DNA of 52,573 nt. Origin: a virus. The stretch spans positions 1 through 52,573 of IMG/VR virus record IMGVR_UViG_3300045988_103312, one strand, 5' to 3'. The notes under the pieces were generated by a model, which was not told the DNA's origin, searched no databases, and saw only the letters and a list, made by a program, of their open reading frames with translations. Below are positions 39,626 through 46,321 of the stretch, piece after piece (the first letter of the stretch is position 1; each line of letters opens with the position of its first letter). The position numbers and the translations under genes were made by a program.

Positions 39626-39785
39626 CATCGAGCAGGTCTTCCAGCGTATCCCAAATAGGGATGCTCCCGAGAGTTTCGCCGCTTTCGATTTTCTTGTAGT
39701 GGCGCAATCCCACTCCAAGAATCTTAGCGACTTGTTCCTGCGTCATTCCCTTGGCCTTCCTCGCGGCCTGTAGGTTGGTTCTCAT
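39573..39785 (-). CDS. XRE-family HTH regulator (early operon), 3' end overlaps the convergent XRE gene
   Basis: ARKAKGMTQEQVAKILGVGLRHYKKIESGE. Confidence 0.8.
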   Translation of the reverse strand: MRTNLQAARKAKGMTQEQVAKILGVGLRHYKKIESGETLGSIPIWDTLEDLLDVNQRVLREMHRGKADNP

Positions 39786-39988
39786 GGGGCGCTCAGCTCG
39801 TCGATTTCCTGATCGCAGCGCTCGGCAAATTCAAGCGCCAGCTGGGCTTTTTCCATCTGCCCATGCTGCTGTAACCAGCAGGACATTTGCAACAGATACT
39901 CTCTGCGCTCCATAGCGTGGTTGAGCTTGACGACGTTTTCCCGCACGCGCAGCAGAGGCTCGCCGCATCGCATCAGCTTTTTCGCCAT
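39782..39988 (-). CDS. Hypothetical 68-aa protein
   Basis: Track ORF; AAAAGGAGGAAAAAAGG SD. Confidence 0.55.
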   Translation of the reverse strand: MAKKLMRCGEPLLRVRENVVKLNHAMERREYLLQMSCWLQQHGQMEKAQLALEFAERCDQEIDELSAP

Positions 39989-40147
39989 CCTTTTTTCCTC
40001 CTTTTATGGGTCGTTTTGCCTGTCGGGCAAGTAAGTCGTGTAAGTCAGTCGGGTTCCACAGGGTTGCTGGTGGGAAATCCCGGAGCTGCACCGGGCGGAG
40101 CGGGAGGTGAAAACCGATCCTGCACTGGCTTTCCCATGTCCGGGCGC

Positions 40148-40267
40148 TCAGGCCCGGTCGAACCACGGATGGCGCTTGCGCCTGACCGGCGTGCCGGGGC
40201 GCGTCACCCAGACCAGGAACGCGGCCCCGAAGAGGATGCCCAGCCATTGGGCGACTTCAAACAGCAT
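40148..40267 (-). CDS. Possible small membrane protein, 39 aa
   Basis: MLFEVAQWLGILFGAAFLVWVTRPGTPVRRKRHPWFDRA; GGGAGAG SD. Confidence 0.35.
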   Translation of the reverse strand: MLFEVAQWLGILFGAAFLVWVTRPGTPVRRKRHPWFDRA

Positions 40268-40457
40268 GGTCGGTCTCTCCCTTCTTCTCGGCTTCCTTTC
40301 GCGCCTCGATGTTGATGGCGTTGCGGTAGGTCTGCGCCCACGCCGCCCGGCGACGCTCCTGCCGCTCCGCGTCGTTTTTCGGCAGGAAGTTTCCGGCGAC
40401 CAGCACCGTCGCCCCGTTGGGGCACTTTACCGTCTGGACAATCTGAGCAATTTCCAT
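40257..40457 (-). CDS. Hypothetical 66-aa protein
   Basis: Track ORF, SD-like GAGGAATG upstream. Confidence 0.5.
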   Translation of the reverse strand: MEIAQIVQTVKCPNGATVLVAGNFLPKNDAERQERRRAAWAQTYRNAINIEARKEAEKKGETDHAV

Positions 40458-40510
40458 TTTCGCATTCCTCCTGCGTCATCCTATGCGGCGGCGGCCTGTC
40501 CTCCGGGCGG

Positions 40511-41149
40511 TTACTGGTCTGCCTTTTCCCGTCGTGCGAATTCCTCGCACATGCCGCCTTCTCCGATGTAGATGCCCGCTTTCTTTTCGAGCCATCGTTT
40601 TTCGTTGAGGCACACCCCAGCGTGGTGGAAAGGCGATCGGTCGCGCTGCCAGTACTTGCAATCCTTGCACTGCCCCTCGGGCGGTTTCCATCTCCGCCGG
40701 AGCCTTCTCTCGATGCTCTCCAGACAGCGTTCCCGTTCCGATTCCATCAGTTTGTTCTGTTCACATGCGAGCCTGTACAGATACGCTTTACTGCGAAATT
40801 CCTCGTCGGCGATACTTTCCACAAACATTCCGGCAAACAGTTCGCCCTCGCGGCTATCCAGATATTCGTCCTTGACAAAGACGTATCCGTATCTGTTGCC
40901 CCCGTGATCGACCGCAAGGCCGTGCCCGCAATCTGCAAAATCTCTTACGACCAGCATTGCAAGTAACATCTGCTGCATCTCTTCGATTTTTCCATCGACC
41001 GGCATACAGCGGATCATTTCGGCCAGCAGCTTCCGCTGCGCCTCGCTGCCGTCAAAGTCCTCATGCACGTCCCGCGCACCGTCCTCCTCGCCGCTACTGA
41101 AGTCTATCTGCACATCCCGCACACCGTCCGCGTCGTAGGTGACCGTCAC
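40511..41149 (-). CDS. Hypothetical 212-aa protein with C-terminal Cys motifs
   Basis: Track ORF; CKDCKYW...HHAGVC...GGMCEEF. Confidence 0.6.
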   Translation of the reverse strand: MTVTYDADGVRDVQIDFSSGEEDGARDVHEDFDGSEAQRKLLAEMIRCMPVDGKIEEMQQMLLAMLVVRDFADCGHGLAVDHGGNRYGYVFVKDEYLDSREGELFAGMFVESIADEEFRSKAYLYRLACEQNKLMESERERCLESIERRLRRRWKPPEGQCKDCKYWQRDRSPFHHAGVCLNEKRWLEKKAGIYIGEGGMCEEFARREKADQ

Positions 41150-41194
41150 ATTCCGCGCCTTGGCGACGCGCCGGTCCTCCTGATCCTCGGATTT

Positions 41195-41335
41195 CTATGT
41201 CATCGCAACCGCCCGAGCAATGATCTCGTCGGTCATGCTGCGCGGCGCGGTAAAGCAGAAATCACGCGCCTTGCAATCCTTGCAGGCCCCGCCGCAGCTC
41301 TTCGCCAGTGCCATGTAAAACTGGTGGATTTCCAT
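41195..41335 (-). CDS. Possible small Cys-rich protein, 46 aa
   Basis: MEIHQFYMALAKSCGGACKDCKARDFCFTAPRSMTDEIIARAVAMT; upstream part of the 113-aa track ORF looks non-coding. Confidence 0.35.
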   Translation of the reverse strand: MEIHQFYMALAKSCGGACKDCKARDFCFTAPRSMTDEIIARAVAMT

Positions 41336-41361
41336 TGCACATTTTCCTTTCTTGTCGGGCT

Positions 41362-41526
41362 TTACGCGCTCTGGCTCTGCTTCGGCTGCCGGGTTCTCAG
41401 TGCCGCGGCGAAGCCCAGAGCCAGATACTGATCCTTTTCCGGCAGCTTGGCCAGATGCTCCAGTATGGCCTCGCTGGGGGTCAGCGGGCGCTCCTTGGGA
41501 GCGAGGGTCTGGGGCTTTCTCTTCAT
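41362..41526 (-). CDS. Possible small protein, 54 aa
   Basis: MKRKPQTLAPKERPLTPSEAILEHLAKLPEKDQYLALGFAAALRTRQPKQSQSA, frame differs from the track ORF. Confidence 0.35.
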   Translation of the reverse strand: MKRKPQTLAPKERPLTPSEAILEHLAKLPEKDQYLALGFAAALRTRQPKQSQSA

Positions 41527-41622
41527 TGAGTTTCACATCCTTTGTCTGTCATTGCTTGCCCTGCCATCGTCAGCGCCGGTTGGGCGGTTCCGGCGGACAC
41601 CCTCGCGGGTGTTTCGGCTTGG

Positions 41623-41796
41623 TCAGATGCGCTTGCCATCGCAGGTGTAGACGCCGCGCTGGAAGCAGTAGTCATCGGCTTCGCGGCGGGAGCGGAAGGA
41701 GCCGATCAGCTCGAACTGGCAGCCCGGCCACACGCTCTGGGTCTTTTCGTGCTCGGTGTAGATGATGTTGGAGTTGCTGATGTAGTAGTTACGCAT
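41623..41796 (-). CDS. Hypothetical 57-aa protein
   Basis: Start ATG 41796 (MRNYYISNSN) with AAAGGAGGAAAA SD. Confidence 0.45.
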   Translation of the reverse strand: MRNYYISNSNIIYTEHEKTQSVWPGCQFELIGSFRSRREADDYCFQRGVYTCDGKRI

Positions 41797-41836
41797 TGGG
41801 TTTTCCTCCTTTTTGTCAGATGCGCGGTCTTGACCA

Positions 41837-41865
41837 TTGTCATCGTTCTTTCCGTGTGTTATAAT
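41837..41865 (+). promoter_or_regulatory. Promoter of DUF4145 gene: TTGTCA-17-TATAAT (TG-extended)
   Basis: TTGTCA 41837-41842, 17-nt spacer ending tgt, TATAAT 41860-41865. Confidence 0.55.
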
Positions 41866-41900
41866 CGTTTTACTCAATTCTTCGATTGGAGGTTGTTCCT

Positions 41901-42566
41901 TTGACTTCTTTCCGCTGTCCTTTCTGCGGTACTGTAATTGGCAAGCTCCCTCCCACTTACACCAGCCTTTTCCTGCCGCATGAGAAAATTCGTCGAGATC
42001 CCATCGGCAACTGCATTCCTGCCGGCGACGTGATTCAGTTCGAATTTTTCTTCTGCTCCGTCTGCCATGAGATGTCAGTAACCGCTACCCGCCAATGGGG
42101 CGATCATCCGTTCATCGCCAACATCTATCCGCGCGCCGCGTATATGCACGTCCCGGATTATGTCCCCGCGGCCATTCGCACGGACTATCAGGAGGCCTGC
42201 ACTATCCTTCAGGACAGCCCGCGCGCGGCCGCTACTCTCTGCCGCCGTTGCCTTCAGGGGATGATTCGCGATGCCTGGGGGATTTCCGGCAGATCGCTCA
42301 ACGACGAGATCAATCAGCTGAAGCCCCTGATTCCGCCCCTGCAATGGTCTGTCCTGGATGCGCTGCGCAAACTCGGAAACATCGGCGCGCACATGGAGAA
42401 AGACGTCAACCTCATCATCGACATCGACCGCGACACCGCCGCGAAGCTCATTGCCGCCGTCGAGCGCCTCATCAAGGACTGGTACATAGATCGCCATGAA
42501 ACCGACGAGCTGTATAACAGTATCCTCTCAGCCAGCGCGGACGCTGAGGCGAAACGTCACCCCTGA
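41901..42566 (+). CDS. Zinc-ribbon + DUF4145-like domain protein (lysogen-expressed candidate defence/exclusion gene)
   Basis: TTG start 8 nt after GGAGG (41888-41892); CPFCG...CSVCH; C-terminal AAATLCRRCLQGMIRD...LRKLGNIGAHMEKD...AAKLIAAVERLI pattern of DUF4145. Confidence 0.55.
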   Translation: MTSFRCPFCGTVIGKLPPTYTSLFLPHEKIRRDPIGNCIPAGDVIQFEFFFCSVCHEMSVTATRQWGDHPFIANIYPRAAYMHVPDYVPAAIRTDYQEACTILQDSPRAAATLCRRCLQGMIRDAWGISGRSLNDEINQLKPLIPPLQWSVLDALRKLGNIGAHMEKDVNLIIDIDRDTAAKLIAAVERLIKDWYIDRHETDELYNSILSASADAEAKRHP

Positions 42567-42730
42567 TCGTTTTCCCGGAGTGGGTCGTTCCTCGCCAGTA
42601 GTTCTCCTTCCATCGACCAGTACTCCGTCACGATACGAGACGGGTCGGCTTCCGTCCCCTTCCCGTATGCGGACTGGACTTCGATCACCGTTCGGCTCTT
42701 CGCCGACCAGACTGCGGATTTTGCTTCCAT
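42557..42730 (-). CDS. Hypothetical 57-aa protein (second gene of the early operon)
   Basis: MEAKSAVWSAKSRTVIEVQSAYGKGTEADPSRIVTEYWSMEGELLARNDPLRENDQG; GAAAGGAGAAAA SD. Confidence 0.45.
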   Translation of the reverse strand: MEAKSAVWSAKSRTVIEVQSAYGKGTEADPSRIVTEYWSMEGELLARNDPLRENDQG

Positions 42731-42758
42731 TTGGGGTTTTCTCCTTTCGCGTCAGGGC

Positions 42759-42965
42759 TTACGCCGTCTGATCGTCGTCGGTGGCGAAGAGGTAGTCATA
42801 TGGCTTTTTGAAAAGCCGAATGTAAGCATTGATCTCTCGCACGGTGAATTTGCCGGTTGCCAACTTATTTTCGAACGTTGGGCGGCTTACACCGATCACC
42901 GCAGCCATATCATCGTTTGACATTTTGTGAAAGGCTTTTTGTCCAAGCAGATTAGGGAACATCAT
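42759..42965 (-). CDS. Cro-like HTH regulator
   Basis: MSNDDMAAVIGVSRPTFENKLATGKFT; divergent from the CI-like gene across an operator region. Confidence 0.7.
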   Translation of the reverse strand: MMFPNLLGQKAFHKMSNDDMAAVIGVSRPTFENKLATGKFTVREINAYIRLFKKPYDYLFATDDDQTA

Positions 42966-42991
42966 TTCACCTCCAGTCTTTTATTAAGAGG

Positions 42992-43117
42992 TCGCACATC
43001 GCGATCTTGTGATTATATTATAGTCGCGATTTGCGATATTGTCAAGGGGTTTTGCAAAAAAAAGTTCGCGAAATGCGATGTTTTTTTATTGACTTAAAAC
43101 AGAATATCGGTTATAAT
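42992..43117. promoter_or_regulatory. Genetic switch: back-to-back consensus promoters and three 14-bp operators
   Basis: Minus TTGACA (43045-43040)-17-TATAAT (43022-43017); plus TTGACT (43089-43094)-17-TATAAT (43112-43117); operators tcgcacatcgcgat (42992-43005), tcgcgatttgcgat (43024-43037), tcgcgaaatgcgat (43066-43079). Confidence 0.65.
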
Positions 43118-43135
43118 AGAATCGAGGTGAAAACA

Positions 43136-43606
43136 ATGACAGTTGGAGAGCGCATAAAAAAGGCGCGCTTAGAAAAAGGCTATACGCAACTGCAATTAGC
43201 GGAAATGATAGGGGTCGCCAAGAACACAATTACTGGGTACGAAACAGGTACGCGTGAGCCGGACTCAAGTCGAATCACAGCTATTGCGAATGCGTTGAAT
43301 GTATCAGGAGACTACATTATAGGTACTGAATACGACTGGCTTCCGTCATCAGCGGCGATGAAAATCGCCGCCAAATACGACAAGCTCGATCAGCATGGCA
43401 GGGAGCTGATTAATTGGGTAGTCGACCACGAAATTAGAAGAGTGCAGTCCGCGGTACCGGCAAAGCGCGACACGACCAAGGTCACGGTCGATCCCGACGA
43501 GGTCAGCGTGTTGGAGAAGGCCCAGCAGGGCGCAGCAAATGCCGCGCTAAGCGGATCAAATGCCGCGGAGGGCGAAACGGCTGCTCCAGACGAAAAGGCT
43601 CAGTAA
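43136..43606 (+). CDS. CI-like repressor (XRE HTH, no S24 peptidase domain seen)
   Basis: ATG 43136 after GAGGTG; ERIKKARLEKGYTQLQLAEMIGVAKNTITGYETGTREP. Confidence 0.75.
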   Translation: MTVGERIKKARLEKGYTQLQLAEMIGVAKNTITGYETGTREPDSSRITAIANALNVSGDYIIGTEYDWLPSSAAMKIAAKYDKLDQHGRELINWVVDHEIRRVQSAVPAKRDTTKVTVDPDEVSVLEKAQQGAANAALSGSNAAEGETAAPDEKAQ

Positions 43607-43613
43607 CGAGGCG

Positions 43614-43635
43614 CGCCCCGCCGAAAGGCGGGGCG
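43614..43635. terminator. GC hairpin between convergent genes (bidirectional terminator candidate)
   Basis: cgccccgcc gaaa ggcggggcg; weak U-tracts. Confidence 0.45.
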
Positions 43636-43641
43636 ATCAGA

Positions 43642-43854
43642 TCAAATTCGAATCAGGCGTGAGGTTTTCGCGCCGGGCCGCGCATCGAGGTTGATGTATC
43701 GGACGGGCTTGCCACCGCCGACCGGGGCCGAGACAAATTCGAAAATTTCCGGATCGTCCGGGTAGTGACCGAAGATCACCTGGAACCTCCCGTCGTGGGA
43801 GAGTTTGCGCGCAAGCTGGCCGCGGTAAACAGGATCATGCATGGCGTTTGTCAT
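43642..43854 (-). CDS. Hypothetical 70-aa protein
   Basis: GGAGG SD 9 nt upstream of ATG 43854; no motif. Confidence 0.6.
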   Translation of the reverse strand: MTNAMHDPVYRGQLARKLSHDGRFQVIFGHYPDDPEIFEFVSAPVGGGKPVRYINLDARPGAKTSRLIRI

Positions 43855-43959
43855 CGTGATTTTTCCTCCGTCCGTTGTAATAATCTGCTATATATATAGT
43901 CGCATGTCTGCCTGAGAAGAACAATAGCGCACAGGAAGAACCGGAGAAGAATTCACTTT

Positions 43960-44502
43960 TTGTATGGAAAACCATTCTTCTTACAAGAAGAATCGAATAA
44001 GAAGGTCGAAAAGAGGCGTACTGCATTGGAACAGAAGGTGACGGCGTACTTACGACAGCTGAAGGAAGCGAGGGGATACACCCAGCAGCAGATCGCGGAT
44101 GAATCGGGCGTGCCCATCGGAACCATCGGGAAATACTTTTCCGCGCTGGACGACGAGTCAGCGAGCTACGATATACTCCGCAGGCTGGTCGTCTGTCTGG
44201 GCGGCAGCCTGGACGAGATGGCCGGGATCAGGTCGGACGAGCACAAGGCCGACGGAGGCACGGATGAGGCGTACAGGGCCGTGATCGCCGGGCTGGAAGC
44301 ACGGCTGGACGAAAAGGACGAGCGAATTGAGCACAGGGGCAGGATCGCCTCGGAGGATCACCAGCGCGCCGAAGAGGCCATCGCCTACGAGCGCCGGCGC
44401 GCAAGGATAGCGATGACCGTTTCGTACATCGTGATGGGGCTGTTTGTGCTGATGTTTTTCATCGACTGGATGATCCCATCAGTTGGGTGGATAAGAAGAT
44501 GA
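43960..44502 (+). CDS. Membrane-anchored XRE-family HTH protein
   Basis: ARGYTQQQIADESGVPIGTIGKYFS HTH, coiled coil, C-terminal TM helix IAMTVSYIVMGLFVLMFFIDWMI; TTG start per track. Confidence 0.65.
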   Translation: MYGKPFFLQEESNKKVEKRRTALEQKVTAYLRQLKEARGYTQQQIADESGVPIGTIGKYFSALDDESASYDILRRLVVCLGGSLDEMAGIRSDEHKADGGTDEAYRAVIAGLEARLDEKDERIEHRGRIASEDHQRAEEAIAYERRRARIAMTVSYIVMGLFVLMFFIDWMIPSVGWIRR

Positions 44503-44507
44503 GATTC

Positions 44508-44537
44508 AAGCGGTGACGGATCGTCACCGCTTAATTT
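44508..44537 (+). terminator. Intrinsic terminator after the membrane XRE gene
   Basis: aagcggtgac ggatc gtcaccgctt followed by aattt. Confidence 0.55.
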
Positions 44538-44561
44538 GCAGAGATATAGGAGGACGAGAGC

Positions 44562-46001
44562 GTGGGAAAATGCGCGAGATGTGGAAGACACGGGCTGTTT
44601 GTCCGCGTCAGCAAGGAGAGCGGATTGTGCAAAGTCTGCGAATACACTGAGGCCGCGGATAAGGCCGAGGCGCGGGCGCGGCAGAGTGACGCGCTGCTGC
44701 AGGAGGCGATGCGTCAGGCCCAGACAGAGGCCTATCAGGCGCTGGAGCATCAGACCAAAGAGCTTGAGCGAAAGAGCGCAGATTGCCAGAATGAACTGCG
44801 TGATCTAACCGCACGGCGTGACGCGCTCGCAATGGAGAACGCCGCCGCGCAAAGCAAGCTCACCACGGCGATATCGCGGACGGAAAAGCTCAAATATCTG
44901 GCGCAGAGCATCAACGCCGCGCTGGAAGCGACGACTCGCGGAGAGAGCGTCCCGGAAATCAAGGACTTGGAGGAGCTTTTGCCCGAGAATGACTTGAACT
45001 GCCTGACGGTTAAGACGCTTGCCGCGAAGTATCGCGAGACGCGGAAGCAGATCATCGCCGTATGCAAGGCGTATGAATCCAATTACGAGACAAAGACAAT
45101 CCGCGCGCTGTATCGGCTGATGGTGCTTGGCCTTGAGGCGGAGCTGGAAAACGTGTTGTATACGCTGCGCTTCGGTACGCTGGACAAGGCGATTGCGGAT
45201 ATTCGCACGTTGACGAGCAAGTACTACACCATCGCGATAGACGGCAATCAGACGATTGCGCCCACGCTGAGGCGATTTATCGCCCAGATTGAAAGCCTGT
45301 ATCTCAAGACCGTAGACATTGAGTATGAATATTACGTCAAGCGCGAGCAGGCCAAGGAAGAGCAGCGCGCCATCAAAGAGCAGATGCGGCAGGAGGCCGA
45401 AGAGCGCAAGCAGCTCGAAGCCGAGAAAAAGCGCGTCGAGGCCGAGGAAAAGAAATATCAGCAGGAGATCGACCGAATCGTGGCCGAGATGAACAAGGCA
45501 CACGGCGAGGAACTGGCGGCACTGCAGCGTCGACTCGATGAGATGAACGGGCTGATGAGCAAGGTTGAAGAGAAGAAGGCCGAAATCGTCAATCTGCAAA
45601 ACGGCAAGGCCGGCACGGTGTATATCATCAGCAATATCGGCGCGTTTGGCGACAACGTATTTAAGATCGGCATGACGCGGCGCCTGGAGCCGCAGGAGCG
45701 CGTGGATGAACTCGGAAGCGCGTCGGTGCCGTTCCCGTTTGACGTTCACAGCTTTATCTTCAGCGACGATGCGGTCGAGCTGGAAAATGATCTGCACAAA
45801 GAGCTGGATTCCCGGCGCGTCAATAAAATCAATCGCCGGAAAGAGTTTTTCAACGTCGATGTGGGAGAGCTGCGGGAAATCGTGGAGCGAATCGACCCCA
45901 CCGCGTCCTTCCGCGAAACGGCGTTGGCGGAACAGTACAGACAGAGCGTATCTATGGCGAGAGAGCGTATGGACGATAAGTTTGAGGAGGAACAGGCATG
46001 A
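44562..46001 (+). CDS. Zinc-ribbon / DUF4041-like coiled coil / T5orf172 (GIY-YIG-superfamily) domain protein
   Basis: GTG start 8 nt after GGAGG; CARCG...CKVCE; C-terminal GTVYIISNIGAFGDNVFKIGMTRRLEPQERVDELGSASVPFPFDVH...LENDLHKELDSRRVN...EFF. Confidence 0.75.
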   Translation: MGKCARCGRHGLFVRVSKESGLCKVCEYTEAADKAEARARQSDALLQEAMRQAQTEAYQALEHQTKELERKSADCQNELRDLTARRDALAMENAAAQSKLTTAISRTEKLKYLAQSINAALEATTRGESVPEIKDLEELLPENDLNCLTVKTLAAKYRETRKQIIAVCKAYESNYETKTIRALYRLMVLGLEAELENVLYTLRFGTLDKAIADIRTLTSKYYTIAIDGNQTIAPTLRRFIAQIESLYLKTVDIEYEYYVKREQAKEEQRAIKEQMRQEAEERKQLEAEKKRVEAEEKKYQQEIDRIVAEMNKAHGEELAALQRRLDEMNGLMSKVEEKKAEIVNLQNGKAGTVYIISNIGAFGDNVFKIGMTRRLEPQERVDELGSASVPFPFDVHSFIFSDDAVELENDLHKELDSRRVNKINRRKEFFNVDVGELREIVERIDPTASFRETALAEQYRQSVSMARERMDDKFEEEQA

Positions 46002-46318
46002 AGATTTTGTATCGCGACCACCGAGGTGCTCTCGATGAAGCAATGAAGACCATGCGCGAATATCGTACCGTTGACGAGCTGAAGGACGGCCTTGCGGCGG
46101 CTTACAATAAGCTGCGCCACGATCTCGGTTATCGCGGCGACGCGTTTGCCGCGGAGGACGTCTCCATCAGCGACGACCTCGGCCCCGATGACCGCATCGG
46201 CTGGCCGAATACGCACTATGTCTGCATCCGCCGGATGGGCGACGACGACTTTGTGGCAAGGTTCGGATCGCCGCAGGCCATCGGTTTCTGCGTGTTTTTC
46301 GATGGAAAGGAGGAATAA
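45998..46318 (+). CDS. Hypothetical 106-aa protein, translationally coupled to the T5orf172 gene
   Basis: ATGA overlap at 45998-46001; no motif. Confidence 0.6.
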   Translation: MKILYRDHRGALDEAMKTMREYRTVDELKDGLAAAYNKLRHDLGYRGDAFAAEDVSISDDLGPDDRIGWPNTHYVCIRRMGDDDFVARFGSPQAIGFCVFFDGKEE

Positions 46319-46321
46319 CCC

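Noticed and set aside
42075-42497. The minus-strand 140-aa ORF and plus-strand 134-aa ORF overlapping the DUF4145 gene.
   Set aside because: They are alternative-frame or antisense shadows of a gene with a clear domain pattern, promoter and SD.
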